64,000 nt of DNA from sequence record MT446423.1; one strand, written 5' to 3'. The position numbers and the translations under genes are program-made. Positions 9,125 to 17,455 of the stretch are shown here, piece by piece (the first letter of the stretch is position 1; each line of letters starts with the position of its first letter). Origin of the DNA: Escherichia virus TH58. Below the pieces are notes generated by a model. It was not told where the DNA came from. It searched no databases and was given only the letters and a program-made list of their open reading frames with translations.

Positions 9125-9682
9125 ATGACTGAACAAAAACCTAAAAATAATTATGTGAATAATAAAGAGCTTCTCGCCGCTATAATCGAGTGGAAAAAGG
9201 AGCTCTTAAATAATAAAGACCCAAACAAAATTATTCGTCAGAATGATACCATCGGTTTAGCAATTATGCTTATCGCCGAAGGCCTGTCCAAACGTTTCAA
9301 CTTTTCAGGATATACCCAGTCTTGGAAGCAGGAGATGATTGCAGATGGGATTGAAGCCTCTATTAAGGGACTTCATAATTTCGACGAAACTAAGTACAAT
9401 AACCCACATGCATACATAACTCGAGCTTGTTTTAATGCTTTTGTCCAACGTATCAAAAAAGAACGTAAGGAAGTTGCAAAGAAATATAGTTACTTCGTTC
9501 ATAATGTCTACGACAGTCATGACGATGATATGGTAGCGTTGGTAGATGAAACGTTTATTCAAGACATCTACGATAAAATGACGCATTATGAAGAATCCGC
9601 TTATAAAGCTCCTGGGGCTGAAAAGAAGGAAGTTGTTAGCGATTCGCCTAGTTTGGATTTTTTATATGAGGATGACAATTGA
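9125..9682 (+). CDS. 55: late-transcription sigma factor gp55
   Basis: 185 aa; sequence (..[50 protein letters not shown]..) matches T4 gp55 as remembered. Confidence 0.92.
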   Translation: MTEQKPKNNYVNNKELLAAIIEWKKELLNNKDPNKIIRQNDTIGLAIMLIAEGLSKRFNFSGYTQSWKQEMIADGIEASIKGLHNFDETKYNNPHAYITRACFNAFVQRIKKERKEVAKKYSYFVHNVYDSHDDDMVALVDETFIQDIYDKMTHYEESAYKAPGAEKKEVVSDSPSLDFLYEDDN

Positions 9683-9881
9683 CATCTCTAACTACTTAGA
9701 AGAACCTTTTGACGAAGCAATCCCTTATTTGGTAAAACTGTTGGGTCGTGAATTTAAAATTAATTTTGACATCGACCCTTTGAACCCACATGACGTGTCA
9801 TTTTCGATAAATGGGACTCCAGTTGAGTATGAGTTCCGTATTGAAGAGGATGGACGTTTTTATTTTAATTTAATGAGATAA
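9672..9881 (+). CDS. hypothetical protein (69 aa)
   Basis: ATG overlapping end of gene 55; occupies the region where T4 carries alpha-gt. Confidence 0.4.
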   Translation: MTIDISNYLEEPFDEAIPYLVKLLGREFKINFDIDPLNPHDVSFSINGTPVEYEFRIEEDGRFYFNLMR

Positions 9882-9882
9882 T

Positions 9883-10206
9883 ATGACTACCGAGATTATT
9901 GAAAATAAAGAAGCAGAAGATGCAGTAGCTAAAATGCTACAAGAAATCCAAAAGAAAAATGAAGCTGAAGCACGTAAAAAATCTGAAAAGATTCTTAAAA
10001 AGAATCGTTTTGAACTAAACCGTCTTTATGCTCATGCTCAAGAAGCAGCAATTCAAAACAACTTCGAAGCTTACGAATATGCTATTAAGAAATCTCGGGA
10101 TATTCTACGACAACCATATAATGACAAGTTAATTAAAATCCAGTGGATTACTACTCGTCAGGCTATTGAGGACATCATTAATGGCGCTAGTTCAAACAAA
10201 GTTTAA
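9883..10206 (+). CDS. hypothetical protein (107 aa)
   Basis: Track ORF, charged helical-looking protein. Confidence 0.5.
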   Translation: MTTEIIENKEAEDAVAKMLQEIQKKNEAEARKKSEKILKKNRFELNRLYAHAQEAAIQNNFEAYEYAIKKSRDILRQPYNDKLIKIQWITTRQAIEDIINGASSNKV

Positions 10207-10387
10207 ACGTCTTAATCTGAACGCAGGATTCTCCCTTAAATTGGGAGGTCCTCTTTGTGTTAAAATCTCTGAAAAGGAATATCACGACGGTTCTATTACA
10301 GAAATTTGTCCGCCTATTGTAAAGGCAGACCCAAAACAACTCGTGTGGGTTGATTCATTTCAAGTTAAGAAATGGTGGAAACGATGA
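10181..10387 (+). CDS. hypothetical protein (68 aa)
   Basis: Internal ATG of track ORF 10166-10387. Confidence 0.35.
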   Translation: MALVQTKFKRLNLNAGFSLKLGGPLCVKISEKEYHDGSITEICPPIVKADPKQLVWVDSFQVKKWWKR

Positions 10388-10426
10388 GAGAAATCGATTT
10401 AGGTATTTTCTGAGAGGTGATTATGC

Positions 10427-10600
10427 ATGACGAACGACCTGACCTCTGAAAATTTCGATAAAATCCGTAAAGGCAAAGCAGAAAGAATGAGACGTTTTAA
10501 AGAGTCTTATGATAAAGCTAAAGCCGAAGGAACTATTACATACAAGCCTATTCGATTTAAAAGTTCAAATGAGCCTCTGTATGGTGTACTATGTGGATAG
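10427..10600 (+). CDS. small hypothetical protein (57 aa)
   Basis: ORF below track cutoff, read by eye; GAGGTGA SD 6 nt upstream; ends at terminator. Confidence 0.3.
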   Translation: MTNDLTSENFDKIRKGKAERMRRFKESYDKAKAEGTITYKPIRFKSSNEPLYGVLCG

Positions 10601-10626
10601 GAACTCTTCGGAGTTCCTTTTTTTTT
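10600..10626 (+). terminator. rho-independent terminator
   Basis: GGAACTC-ttcg-GAGTTCC hairpin followed by nine T. Confidence 0.8.
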
Positions 10627-10650
10627 GCTTTATATTTGGGATGATAAAAT
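10626..10650 (+). promoter_or_regulatory. putative middle (MotA-dependent) promoter upstream of gene 47
   Basis: MotA-box TGCTTTA, 12-nt spacer, -10 TAAAAT. Confidence 0.45.
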
Positions 10651-10673
10651 GAACCAACTAATGAGGAAAACAT

Positions 10674-10817
10674 ATGATTATATTTTTAGGTGTGACTATA
10701 TTGATATTAGCCTTCTATCTATTCACTAGGGCGTGTTGGATAGGTTTCTTTAGTACCCCAGATGGATTAATTTCTATGGTTTTATTTTGCATTGCGATAA
10801 TGGCGTTAGACTTATGA
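10674..10817 (+). CDS. small hydrophobic protein (47 aa)
   Basis: ORF read by eye; GAGGAAAA SD; stop overlaps ATG of gene 47. Confidence 0.35.
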   Translation: MIIFLGVTILILAFYLFTRACWIGFFSTPDGLISMVLFCIAIMALDL

Positions 10818-11833
10818 AAATTTTGCACTTAGGCGACTTCCATATCGGAGTCAAACAAGACGACCCATGGGTTCAAGATATTCAACGTGATGGTATTCGT
10901 CAAGCAATTGAATACTCTAAGAAACATGGGATTAAAACTTGGATTCAGTACGGTGATTGGTTTGACGTCCGTAAAGCAATAACACATCGTACAATGGAAT
11001 TCAATCGTGAAATCGTTGATATGATTTCTAAAGCAGGCATTCACGTTCATGTCACGATAGGAAACCATGACATGGCGTTTAAGAATACAATAACACCTAA
11101 CACTGTTTCTGAATTGTTAACTCAATTTGAAAACTTTACTATTTACGAGCATCCAACTACTGTAGATTTTGACGGATGTCTGATTGATATCGTTCCATGG
11201 ATGTGTGAAGAAAATACAGGTGAAATCTTAGAGCACATCAAGACTTCTTCCGCAGCGTATTGTGTTGGGCACTGGGAACTGAATGGCTTTTATTTCTATA
11301 AAGGAATGAAGTCTCATGGGCTTGAACCTGATTTCTTAAAGACCTATAAACAAGTCTGGTCCGGCCACTTCCACACAATCTCTGAAGCTGCTAACGTCAA
11401 ATATATTGGGACACCATGGACCCTTACTGCAGGCGATGAGAACGACCCTCGAGGATTCTGGGTATTTGACACTGATGTTGAACGTATGGAATTTATTCCT
11501 AATGAAACAACATGGCATCGACGAATCACTTATCCGTTTAAAGGCAAAATCAATTATTCTGATTATACTAATCTAGCCATACGTGTTATAGTATCAGAAA
11601 TTGATTCAGAGTTGACTAAGTTTGAATCTGAACTTGAAAAAGTAGTTCACTCTCTTCGTATGGTTTCTAAAGTTGATAACAGTGTTGAATCTGATGATGA
11701 CCAGGAAATCGAGATTAAATCACTTCAAGATATCATTAAAGAATATATTGACGCGATTCCAGATATCTCAGATGAAGATAGAGAAGCGCTGGTCAAATAT
11801 TCCAACGAACTTTATATTGAGGCAACACAATGA
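10814..11833 (+). CDS. 47: recombination nuclease subunit gp47 (Mre11-like)
   Basis: Start refined to MKILHLGDFHIG; calcineurin-like phosphoesterase motifs (GDFH, GNHD); 339 aa as in T4. Confidence 0.9.
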   Translation: MKILHLGDFHIGVKQDDPWVQDIQRDGIRQAIEYSKKHGIKTWIQYGDWFDVRKAITHRTMEFNREIVDMISKAGIHVHVTIGNHDMAFKNTITPNTVSELLTQFENFTIYEHPTTVDFDGCLIDIVPWMCEENTGEILEHIKTSSAAYCVGHWELNGFYFYKGMKSHGLEPDFLKTYKQVWSGHFHTISEAANVKYIGTPWTLTAGDENDPRGFWVFDTDVERMEFIPNETTWHRRITYPFKGKINYSDYTNLAIRVIVSEIDSELTKFESELEKVVHSLRMVSKVDNSVESDDDQEIEIKSLQDIIKEYIDAIPDISDEDREALVKYSNELYIEATQ

Positions 11834-12087
11834 CTTTAGATGAATTTAACAATGCTGGTCTCAGGCTTGAAGTCGAAATGGACGTTAAAGATGATGATGG
11901 ATTCGAGAACACTATCAAGTATTGGATTGAGCCGTTACGCGTTGAAGGCAATGAAGTTAAAGCAGTTCATGTCTGCACCGACTGGGCTATTGAATTTAGC
12001 TTTAATATAATGGACAACGATACTCCTGGCTCTATTCTTAAAATGGCTGAAGCATGTATTGAGGACGCGTATAATGACGAAGACTGA
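11830..12087 (+). CDS. hypothetical protein (85 aa)
   Basis: Track ORF between genes 47 and 46. Confidence 0.45.
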   Translation: MTLDEFNNAGLRLEVEMDVKDDDGFENTIKYWIEPLRVEGNEVKAVHVCTDWAIEFSFNIMDNDTPGSILKMAEACIEDAYNDED

Positions 12088-12313
12088 TTATGAAATCCAT
12101 CGTCATGAATTTAGTATTGGTGACGGTTATATTGGTGTCGTTGAATGGACTGAGAATTACGAGGAATCAACTCCTCGTTTCTTTGGAACAATGTATGTTA
12201 CCTGTGAGTACGCACCGGGTGTTGTTATGTATGCAGAACTAGATGAATATTTTGCTGATAGAGATGTCATGTTAAAATATGTAGAGGACTTCATTCGAAG
12301 AGAATACATATGA
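12074..12313 (+). CDS. hypothetical protein (79 aa)
   Basis: Internal ATG of track ORF 12059-12313. Confidence 0.4.
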   Translation: MTKTDYEIHRHEFSIGDGYIGVVEWTENYEESTPRFFGTMYVTCEYAPGVVMYAELDEYFADRDVMLKYVEDFIRREYI

Positions 12314-13998
12314 AATCATTTAAATTAAATCGTGTTCGTTATCAAAACATCATGTCGGTAGGTGGGAATCCTATTGATATCCAATTAGATAAAGTCCAAA
12401 AGACATTAATCACTGGTAAAAATGGCGGTGGTAAATCTACGATGTTAGAAGCCATTACTTTCGGACTTTTCGGTAAACCATTTCGTGATGTTAAGAAAGG
12501 GCAAATCATTAATAGCACGAACAAGAAAGAGCTCTTAGTTGAGCTTTGGATGGAATTCGATGGTAAAAAATACTTCATTAAACGTGGCCAAAAGCCCAAT
12601 ATTTTCGAAATCTCCGTTGACGGTGTTCGTCTTGATGAATCTGCCAGCAGTCGTGACTTCCAAGAAGAATTTGAACGTAGCATCGGAATGTCATACGCGT
12701 CTTTTAAACAAATCGTTGTGCTTGGGACGGCAGGGTATACCCCTTTCATGGCTCTTAGCACCCCTGCTCGCAGAAAACTGGTCGAAGACCTTTTAGAAGT
12801 CGGCACACTCGCTGAAATGGATAAAATCAATAAGTCTCTAGTTCGAGAACTTAATTCCCAGGGACAAGTTCTCGATGCCAAGAAAGATGGTGTTATCCAA
12901 CAAATTAAGATTTATAACGAGAATATCGAACGTCAAAAGAAATTATCTGGTGATAATGTAGCGCGTCTACAGAATATGTATGACGACCTAGCCAAAGAAG
13001 CTCGTTCATTAAAAGCAGAAATCGAAGAAGCTAATGAGCGACTACTTAATATCGTTCTTGATGAAGACCCTACTGAGGCATTCAACAAGATCGGACAAGA
13101 AGCATTCTTGATTAAATCTAAAATCGACTCATATAACAAAGTTATTAAGATGTATCATGATGGTGGCACATGTCCTACTTGTGCATCACAGTTGCACCAG
13201 GGTGATCCTATTGTCTCTAAGATTACCGATAAGCTTCACGAATGTAATCACTCATTCGAGCAACTTACATGTCACAGAGATAATCTGAGTGTCCTAGTGG
13301 ACGAATATAGAGCTAATGTTAAGACTAAACATGACCTTGCATCCGATATTCGTACCAAGAAACAAGCAATGATTGCCACTATTGATAAAGCTAAGAAAGT
13401 TAAAGCTGCAATAGAACAAGCCTCAGCTGAATTTATCGACCATGCCGATGAGATAGCTTTGCTTCAAAAAGAACTTGATAAAATCATTAAAACAAAATCT
13501 GATATCGTTCTTGAAAAATACCATCGTGGTATTATCACAGATATGTTAAAAGATTCTGGTATTAAAGGTGCTATCATTAAAAAATATGTGCCTCTGTTCA
13601 ACAAGCAGATTAACCATTATCTTAAAATCATGGAAGCTGATTATGTGTTTTCTATTGACGAAGAATTCAATGAATCTATAAAATCACGTGGTCGTGAAGA
13701 TTTTAGTTATGCTTCATTTAGTCAAGGTGAAAAGGCACGTATCGATATCGCATTGTTGTTTACATGGCGAGATATTGCTGAAAAGGTCTCTGGTGTTAGA
13801 ATCAATACATTAATTATGGACGAAGTCATGGATTCCGCTACTGATTCTGAAGGTATTAAAGCTATTTCAACAATTCTTAACTCTCTAACCGATGCAAACG
13901 TGTTTATAATTAGTCATAGAGACCATGACCCACAAGCTTATGGACAACATCTTCAAATGAGCAAAGTTGGACGATTTACAGTAATGACTGTTTCATAA
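12310..13998 (+). CDS. 46: recombination nuclease subunit gp46 (Rad50/SbcC-like ATPase)
   Basis: 562 aa; Walker A GKNGGGKST, central coiled coil with CPTCASQL zinc hook, C-terminal signature/Walker B region. Confidence 0.92.
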   Translation: MKSFKLNRVRYQNIMSVGGNPIDIQLDKVQKTLITGKNGGGKSTMLEAITFGLFGKPFRDVKKGQIINSTNKKELLVELWMEFDGKKYFIKRGQKPNIFEISVDGVRLDESASSRDFQEEFERSIGMSYASFKQIVVLGTAGYTPFMALSTPARRKLVEDLLEVGTLAEMDKINKSLVRELNSQGQVLDAKKDGVIQQIKIYNENIERQKKLSGDNVARLQNMYDDLAKEARSLKAEIEEANERLLNIVLDEDPTEAFNKIGQEAFLIKSKIDSYNKVIKMYHDGGTCPTCASQLHQGDPIVSKITDKLHECNHSFEQLTCHRDNLSVLVDEYRANVKTKHDLASDIRTKKQAMIATIDKAKKVKAAIEQASAEFIDHADEIALLQKELDKIIKTKSDIVLEKYHRGIITDMLKDSGIKGAIIKKYVPLFNKQINHYLKIMEADYVFSIDEEFNESIKSRGREDFSYASFSQGEKARIDIALLFTWRDIAEKVSGVRINTLIMDEVMDSATDSEGIKAISTILNSLTDANVFIISHRDHDPQAYGQHLQMSKVGRFTVMTVS

Positions 13999-14052
13999 AC
14001 GCTTTAACACGATGTGGTTATAATGACCACATCAAATTAAATGGAGAACAAC

Positions 14053-14241
14053 ATGGAGTATTCAACCGGCCAACATCTTCTCGTTGTCCCTGAAATTAAA
14101 AAATATGTTTTGACCAATACTTTTTCAGGTGAAGAACATATTGTTACTGAACAAATGCTCAAATCTGCTTTTAAAGATGAGTATAATAAAATAATGTCTA
14201 ATCGCAATTCCGCATGGACAGTTACCGACTTCTACGAATAA
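14053..14241 (+). CDS. hypothetical protein (62 aa), at the T4 45.2 position
   Basis: Internal ATG of track ORF 14041-14241; size and position only. Confidence 0.35.
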   Translation: MEYSTGQHLLVVPEIKKYVLTNTFSGEEHIVTEQMLKSAFKDEYNKIMSNRNSAWTVTDFYE

Positions 14242-14253
14242 GAGAGAAATAAT

Positions 14254-14670
14254 ATGTTTACTACTGCTAAAGGTTTCACTGCTGCTGATCTGAAAGTTAC
14301 TTCTATCCGTACTGACGCTAACCCACATAACCATAATCGTGTTCGTAAAGCATGGGTCCTGCATTGTGATGACGCAAGTGCTAAAAAACTCCAATCTTTG
14401 CCACAAGAAACTCGTTTTATGATTTATGGTTTTATTGATAACGATGTATCTGATATGTGGATTCATCTGATGCGTAAGCACTATAAAGATTCTATTGAAG
14501 CCGGCGGAAAAATCGTTCTTGATAAAGATGGTTCTGAGCGTCTGGAAGATTTCTACTGTGTTGATGCAGACGAACAACTAATTGCAGCCGGCGAAATTGT
14601 TGCTTCTAAAATTCCAGAATATATTGAATCACTGCCTGAAGCTATTAAAAAGCAGATGGTTTCTGCTTAA
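14254..14670 (+). CDS. hypothetical protein at the T4 rpbA position (138 aa)
   Basis: Track ORF immediately upstream of gene 45; assignment by synteny only. Confidence 0.4.
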   Translation: MFTTAKGFTAADLKVTSIRTDANPHNHNRVRKAWVLHCDDASAKKLQSLPQETRFMIYGFIDNDVSDMWIHLMRKHYKDSIEAGGKIVLDKDGSERLEDFYCVDADEQLIAAGEIVASKIPEYIESLPEAIKKQMVSA

Positions 14671-14712
14671 TAAATTTGTTATAAACTTTGAATTGTCTTG
14701 AAAGGAAATAAA

Positions 14713-15399
14713 ATGAAACTGTCTAAAGATACTATCGCTATTCTGAAAAACTTTGCCTCTATTAACTCCGGCATTCTGCTGAGTCAAGGTAAATTTATTA
14801 TGACTCGTGCAGTTAATGGCACCACTTATGCGGAAGCAAATATCTCTGATGAAATTGATTTTGACGTAGCACTTTATGATTTGAATAGCTTCTTAAGCAT
14901 TTTGAGTCTAGTGTCTGATGATGCTGAAATTTCAATGCACACCGATGGCAATATTAAAATTGCAGATACACGTTCCACGGTTTATTGGCCTGCCGCTGAC
15001 AAGAGCACCATTGTTTTTCCTAATAAGCCAATTCAATTCCCAGTGGCTTCTGTGATTACTGAAATTAAAGCTGAAGACCTTCAACAATTGCTTCGAGTTT
15101 CACGTGGACTTCAGATTGATACAATTGCTATTACAAATAAAGATGGCAAAATTGTTATCAATGGTTATAATAAAGTTGAAGATTCTGGACTAACTCGTCC
15201 TAAGTATTCTTTGACTCTTACCGATTATGATGGTTCTAACAATTTTAACTTCGTAATCAATATGGCTAATATGAAAATCCAGCCAGGTAACTATAAAGTA
15301 ATGTTGTGGGGAGCTGGTGATAAAGTTGCAGCCAAGTTTGAAAGCTCTCAAGTAAGTTATGTTATTGCGATGGAAGCTGATTCTACTCACGACTTCTAA
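14713..15399 (+). CDS. 45: sliding clamp gp45
   Basis: Start refined to MKLSKDTIAILKNF; 228 aa; matches T4 gp45 throughout. Confidence 0.92.
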   Translation: MKLSKDTIAILKNFASINSGILLSQGKFIMTRAVNGTTYAEANISDEIDFDVALYDLNSFLSILSLVSDDAEISMHTDGNIKIADTRSTVYWPAADKSTIVFPNKPIQFPVASVITEIKAEDLQQLLRVSRGLQIDTIAITNKDGKIVINGYNKVEDSGLTRPKYSLTLTDYDGSNNFNFVINMANMKIQPGNYKVMLWGAGDKVAAKFESSQVSYVIAMEADSTHDF

Positions 15400-15474
15400 G
15401 TCAAAGCTTTACGTTTAATGTAGTACTATTATGGAGGAGAAATCCTCCAGTTTAATGATAATGAGGAAAATTAC

Positions 15475-16437
15475 ATGATTACTATCAATTCCAAAGAACA
15501 CATTCTAGAACAGAAATATCGTCCTTCTTCCATTGACGAATGTATTCTGCCTGCGTATGACCATGAAACATTCAAGTCTTTAGTATCTAAAGGAAAACTT
15601 CCTCATATTATTTTACACTCTCCATCTCCTGGTACAGGTAAAACAACCGTAGCAAAAGCATTATGTAACGATATCAACGCCGAAATGATGTTCGTCAACG
15701 GTTCTGATTGTAAAATTGATTTTGTACGCGGCCCGTTAACCGCATTCGCTCGTTCAGTCTCAATGGAAGGCAAGCCGAAAGTTATCGTTATCGATGAATT
15801 TGACCGTAGTGGCCTTGCTGAATCACAACGGCACCTTCGTACATTCATGGAAGAATTCTCTAGTAACTGTTCTATTATTATTACTGCTAACAACATCGAT
15901 GGAATTATTGAACCATTACGTAGTCGTTGTCGAGTTATCGAATTCGGACGTCCAACCGAAGAAGATAAAATCTCGATGATGAAGAAGATGATTCATCGTA
16001 TGGTTGAAATCTGTAAGAACGAAAATATCGAAATCGCTGATATGAAAGTTGTTGCAGCTCTGGTTAAAAAGAACTTCCCGGACTTTCGTCGTACAATTGG
16101 TCAATTAGACCGGTACTCGTCTAAAGGTGTTCTTGATGCAGGTATTTTGTCGATTGTAACCAATGATCGTGGCACGGTAGATGATGTCATAGAAGCAATG
16201 AAAAATAAAGATATCAAACAGCTTCGTGCATTAGCTCCAAAATACGCCGCAGATTATTCATGGTTCATCGATAAATTAGTTTCAGAATGTTATGACAAAG
16301 TTGCACCTGGTAAAAGTATTATTTCACTTTACGAAATTGCAGGCGAAAACAATAAGTTTCATGGATTAGCAAGTAATATTGAATTACATGTTATGTATAT
16401 GCTTCTTCAACTAACCTGCGAACTGACTTGGAAATAA
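15475..16437 (+). CDS. 44: clamp loader large subunit gp44 (AAA+)
   Basis: Walker [11 protein letters not shown], Walker [12 protein letters not shown] motif; 320 aa. Confidence 0.92.
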   Translation: MITINSKEHILEQKYRPSSIDECILPAYDHETFKSLVSKGKLPHIILHSPSPGTGKTTVAKALCNDINAEMMFVNGSDCKIDFVRGPLTAFARSVSMEGKPKVIVIDEFDRSGLAESQRHLRTFMEEFSSNCSIIITANNIDGIIEPLRSRCRVIEFGRPTEEDKISMMKKMIHRMVEICKNENIEIADMKVVAALVKKNFPDFRRTIGQLDRYSSKGVLDAGILSIVTNDRGTVDDVIEAMKNKDIKQLRALAPKYAADYSWFIDKLVSECYDKVAPGKSIISLYEIAGENNKFHGLASNIELHVMYMLLQLTCELTWK

Positions 16438-16438
16438 T

Positions 16439-17002
16439 ATGAACTTATTCGATGATGACGTCCGGCTTAACGAGCACCAAATTGCATGGAAGTCTAATGA
16501 CGCTGATGCGATTCAAAAATGTGCTGATATGTTTAAAGAAAAACCTGAGAATGAATTCTTTAAAATCATTAATGCTATTAATGAAAAGAAATCTATGTCA
16601 ATTGCTCAGGTCGACTACTCAAAATTTATGGTTGAGAACTCATTATCCCAGTTCCCAGAATGTATGCCAGCTGTTTACATGATGAACTTAGTCGGTTCTG
16701 AATTAAGTGATGAAGCGCACTTCAACTATATGATGGCGGCAATTCCGCGTGGTCGTCGATTCTCTAAATGGGCTAAACTAGTCGAAGACACTTCAGAGTT
16801 ACTAGTTATCAAACTGTTGATGAAACATTACACAATCAACATGAATGATGCTACCGAGTATAAGCGGCTCCTTGAAAAAAATAACAAGTTGCCAATAGTC
16901 CTTAAAGAACTGAAGGCCATGGTCACTGATGAGTTTCTCAAAGAAGTTACAAAAAATGTGAAAGAACAAAAACAATTTAAAAAAATAGCATTGGAATGGT
17001 AA
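16439..17002 (+). CDS. 62: clamp loader small subunit gp62
   Basis: 187 aa immediately after gene 44, T4 synteny and size. Confidence 0.88.
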   Translation: MNLFDDDVRLNEHQIAWKSNDADAIQKCADMFKEKPENEFFKIINAINEKKSMSIAQVDYSKFMVENSLSQFPECMPAVYMMNLVGSELSDEAHFNYMMAAIPRGRRFSKWAKLVEDTSELLVIKLLMKHYTINMNDATEYKRLLEKNNKLPIVLKELKAMVTDEFLKEVTKNVKEQKQFKKIALEW

Positions 17003-17004
17003 AA

Positions 17005-17373
17005 ATGATTGAAATTAAATTGAAGAACCCTGAAGATTTTCTGAAAGTCAAAGAGACTTTGACCCGTATGGGCATCGCTAATAACAAGGATAAAGTCCTT
17101 TACCAGTCTTGTCATATCCTCCAAAAGCAAGGTAAGTACTATATCGTCCACTTTAAAGAAATGTTGCGTATGGATGGACGTCAGGTTGATATTGACGGTG
17201 AAGATTATCAGAGACGTGATTCGATTGCCCAGTTGCTTGAAGACTGGGGATTGATTGTTATTGAAGACTCTGCTCGTGAAGATCTATTTAGCCTGACTAA
17301 TAACTTCCGAGTTATCTCTTTTAAACAGAAAGATGTCTGGACTTTGAAAGCAAAATATACAATTGGTAATTAA
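17005..17373 (+). CDS. regA: translational repressor RegA
   Basis: Start refined to MIEIKLKNPEDFLKVKETLTRMGIANNKDKVLYQSCHILQK; 122 aa as in T4. Confidence 0.92.
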   Translation: MIEIKLKNPEDFLKVKETLTRMGIANNKDKVLYQSCHILQKQGKYYIVHFKEMLRMDGRQVDIDGEDYQRRDSIAQLLEDWGLIVIEDSAREDLFSLTNNFRVISFKQKDVWTLKAKYTIGN

Positions 17374-17377
17374 AGCA

Positions 17378-17395
17378 ATGGGACTTCGGTCCCAT
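17378..17395 (+). promoter_or_regulatory. UUCG-loop hairpin between regA and gene 43 (terminator and/or gp43 translational operator candidate)
   Basis: ATGGGAC-ttcg-GTCCCAT then TTTGGAGTATAAT; lies about 60 nt upstream of gene 43 ATG. Confidence 0.4.
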
Positions 17396-17455
17396 TTGGA
17401 GTATAATAAGTTCCATCAACAAACAAAAGACAATAACTCGTCTAAAGGAAATTAA

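Noticed and set aside
12342-12881. 179-aa ORF on the - strand inside gene 46
   Set aside because: Antisense to a well-supported conserved gene; Ser/Arg-rich translation typical of a shadow frame
13999-14052. Inverted repeat GATGTGGT-tataatg-ACCACATC after gene 46 as a terminator
   Set aside because: No downstream T tract; may simply be an RNA structure or coincidental; left unannotated
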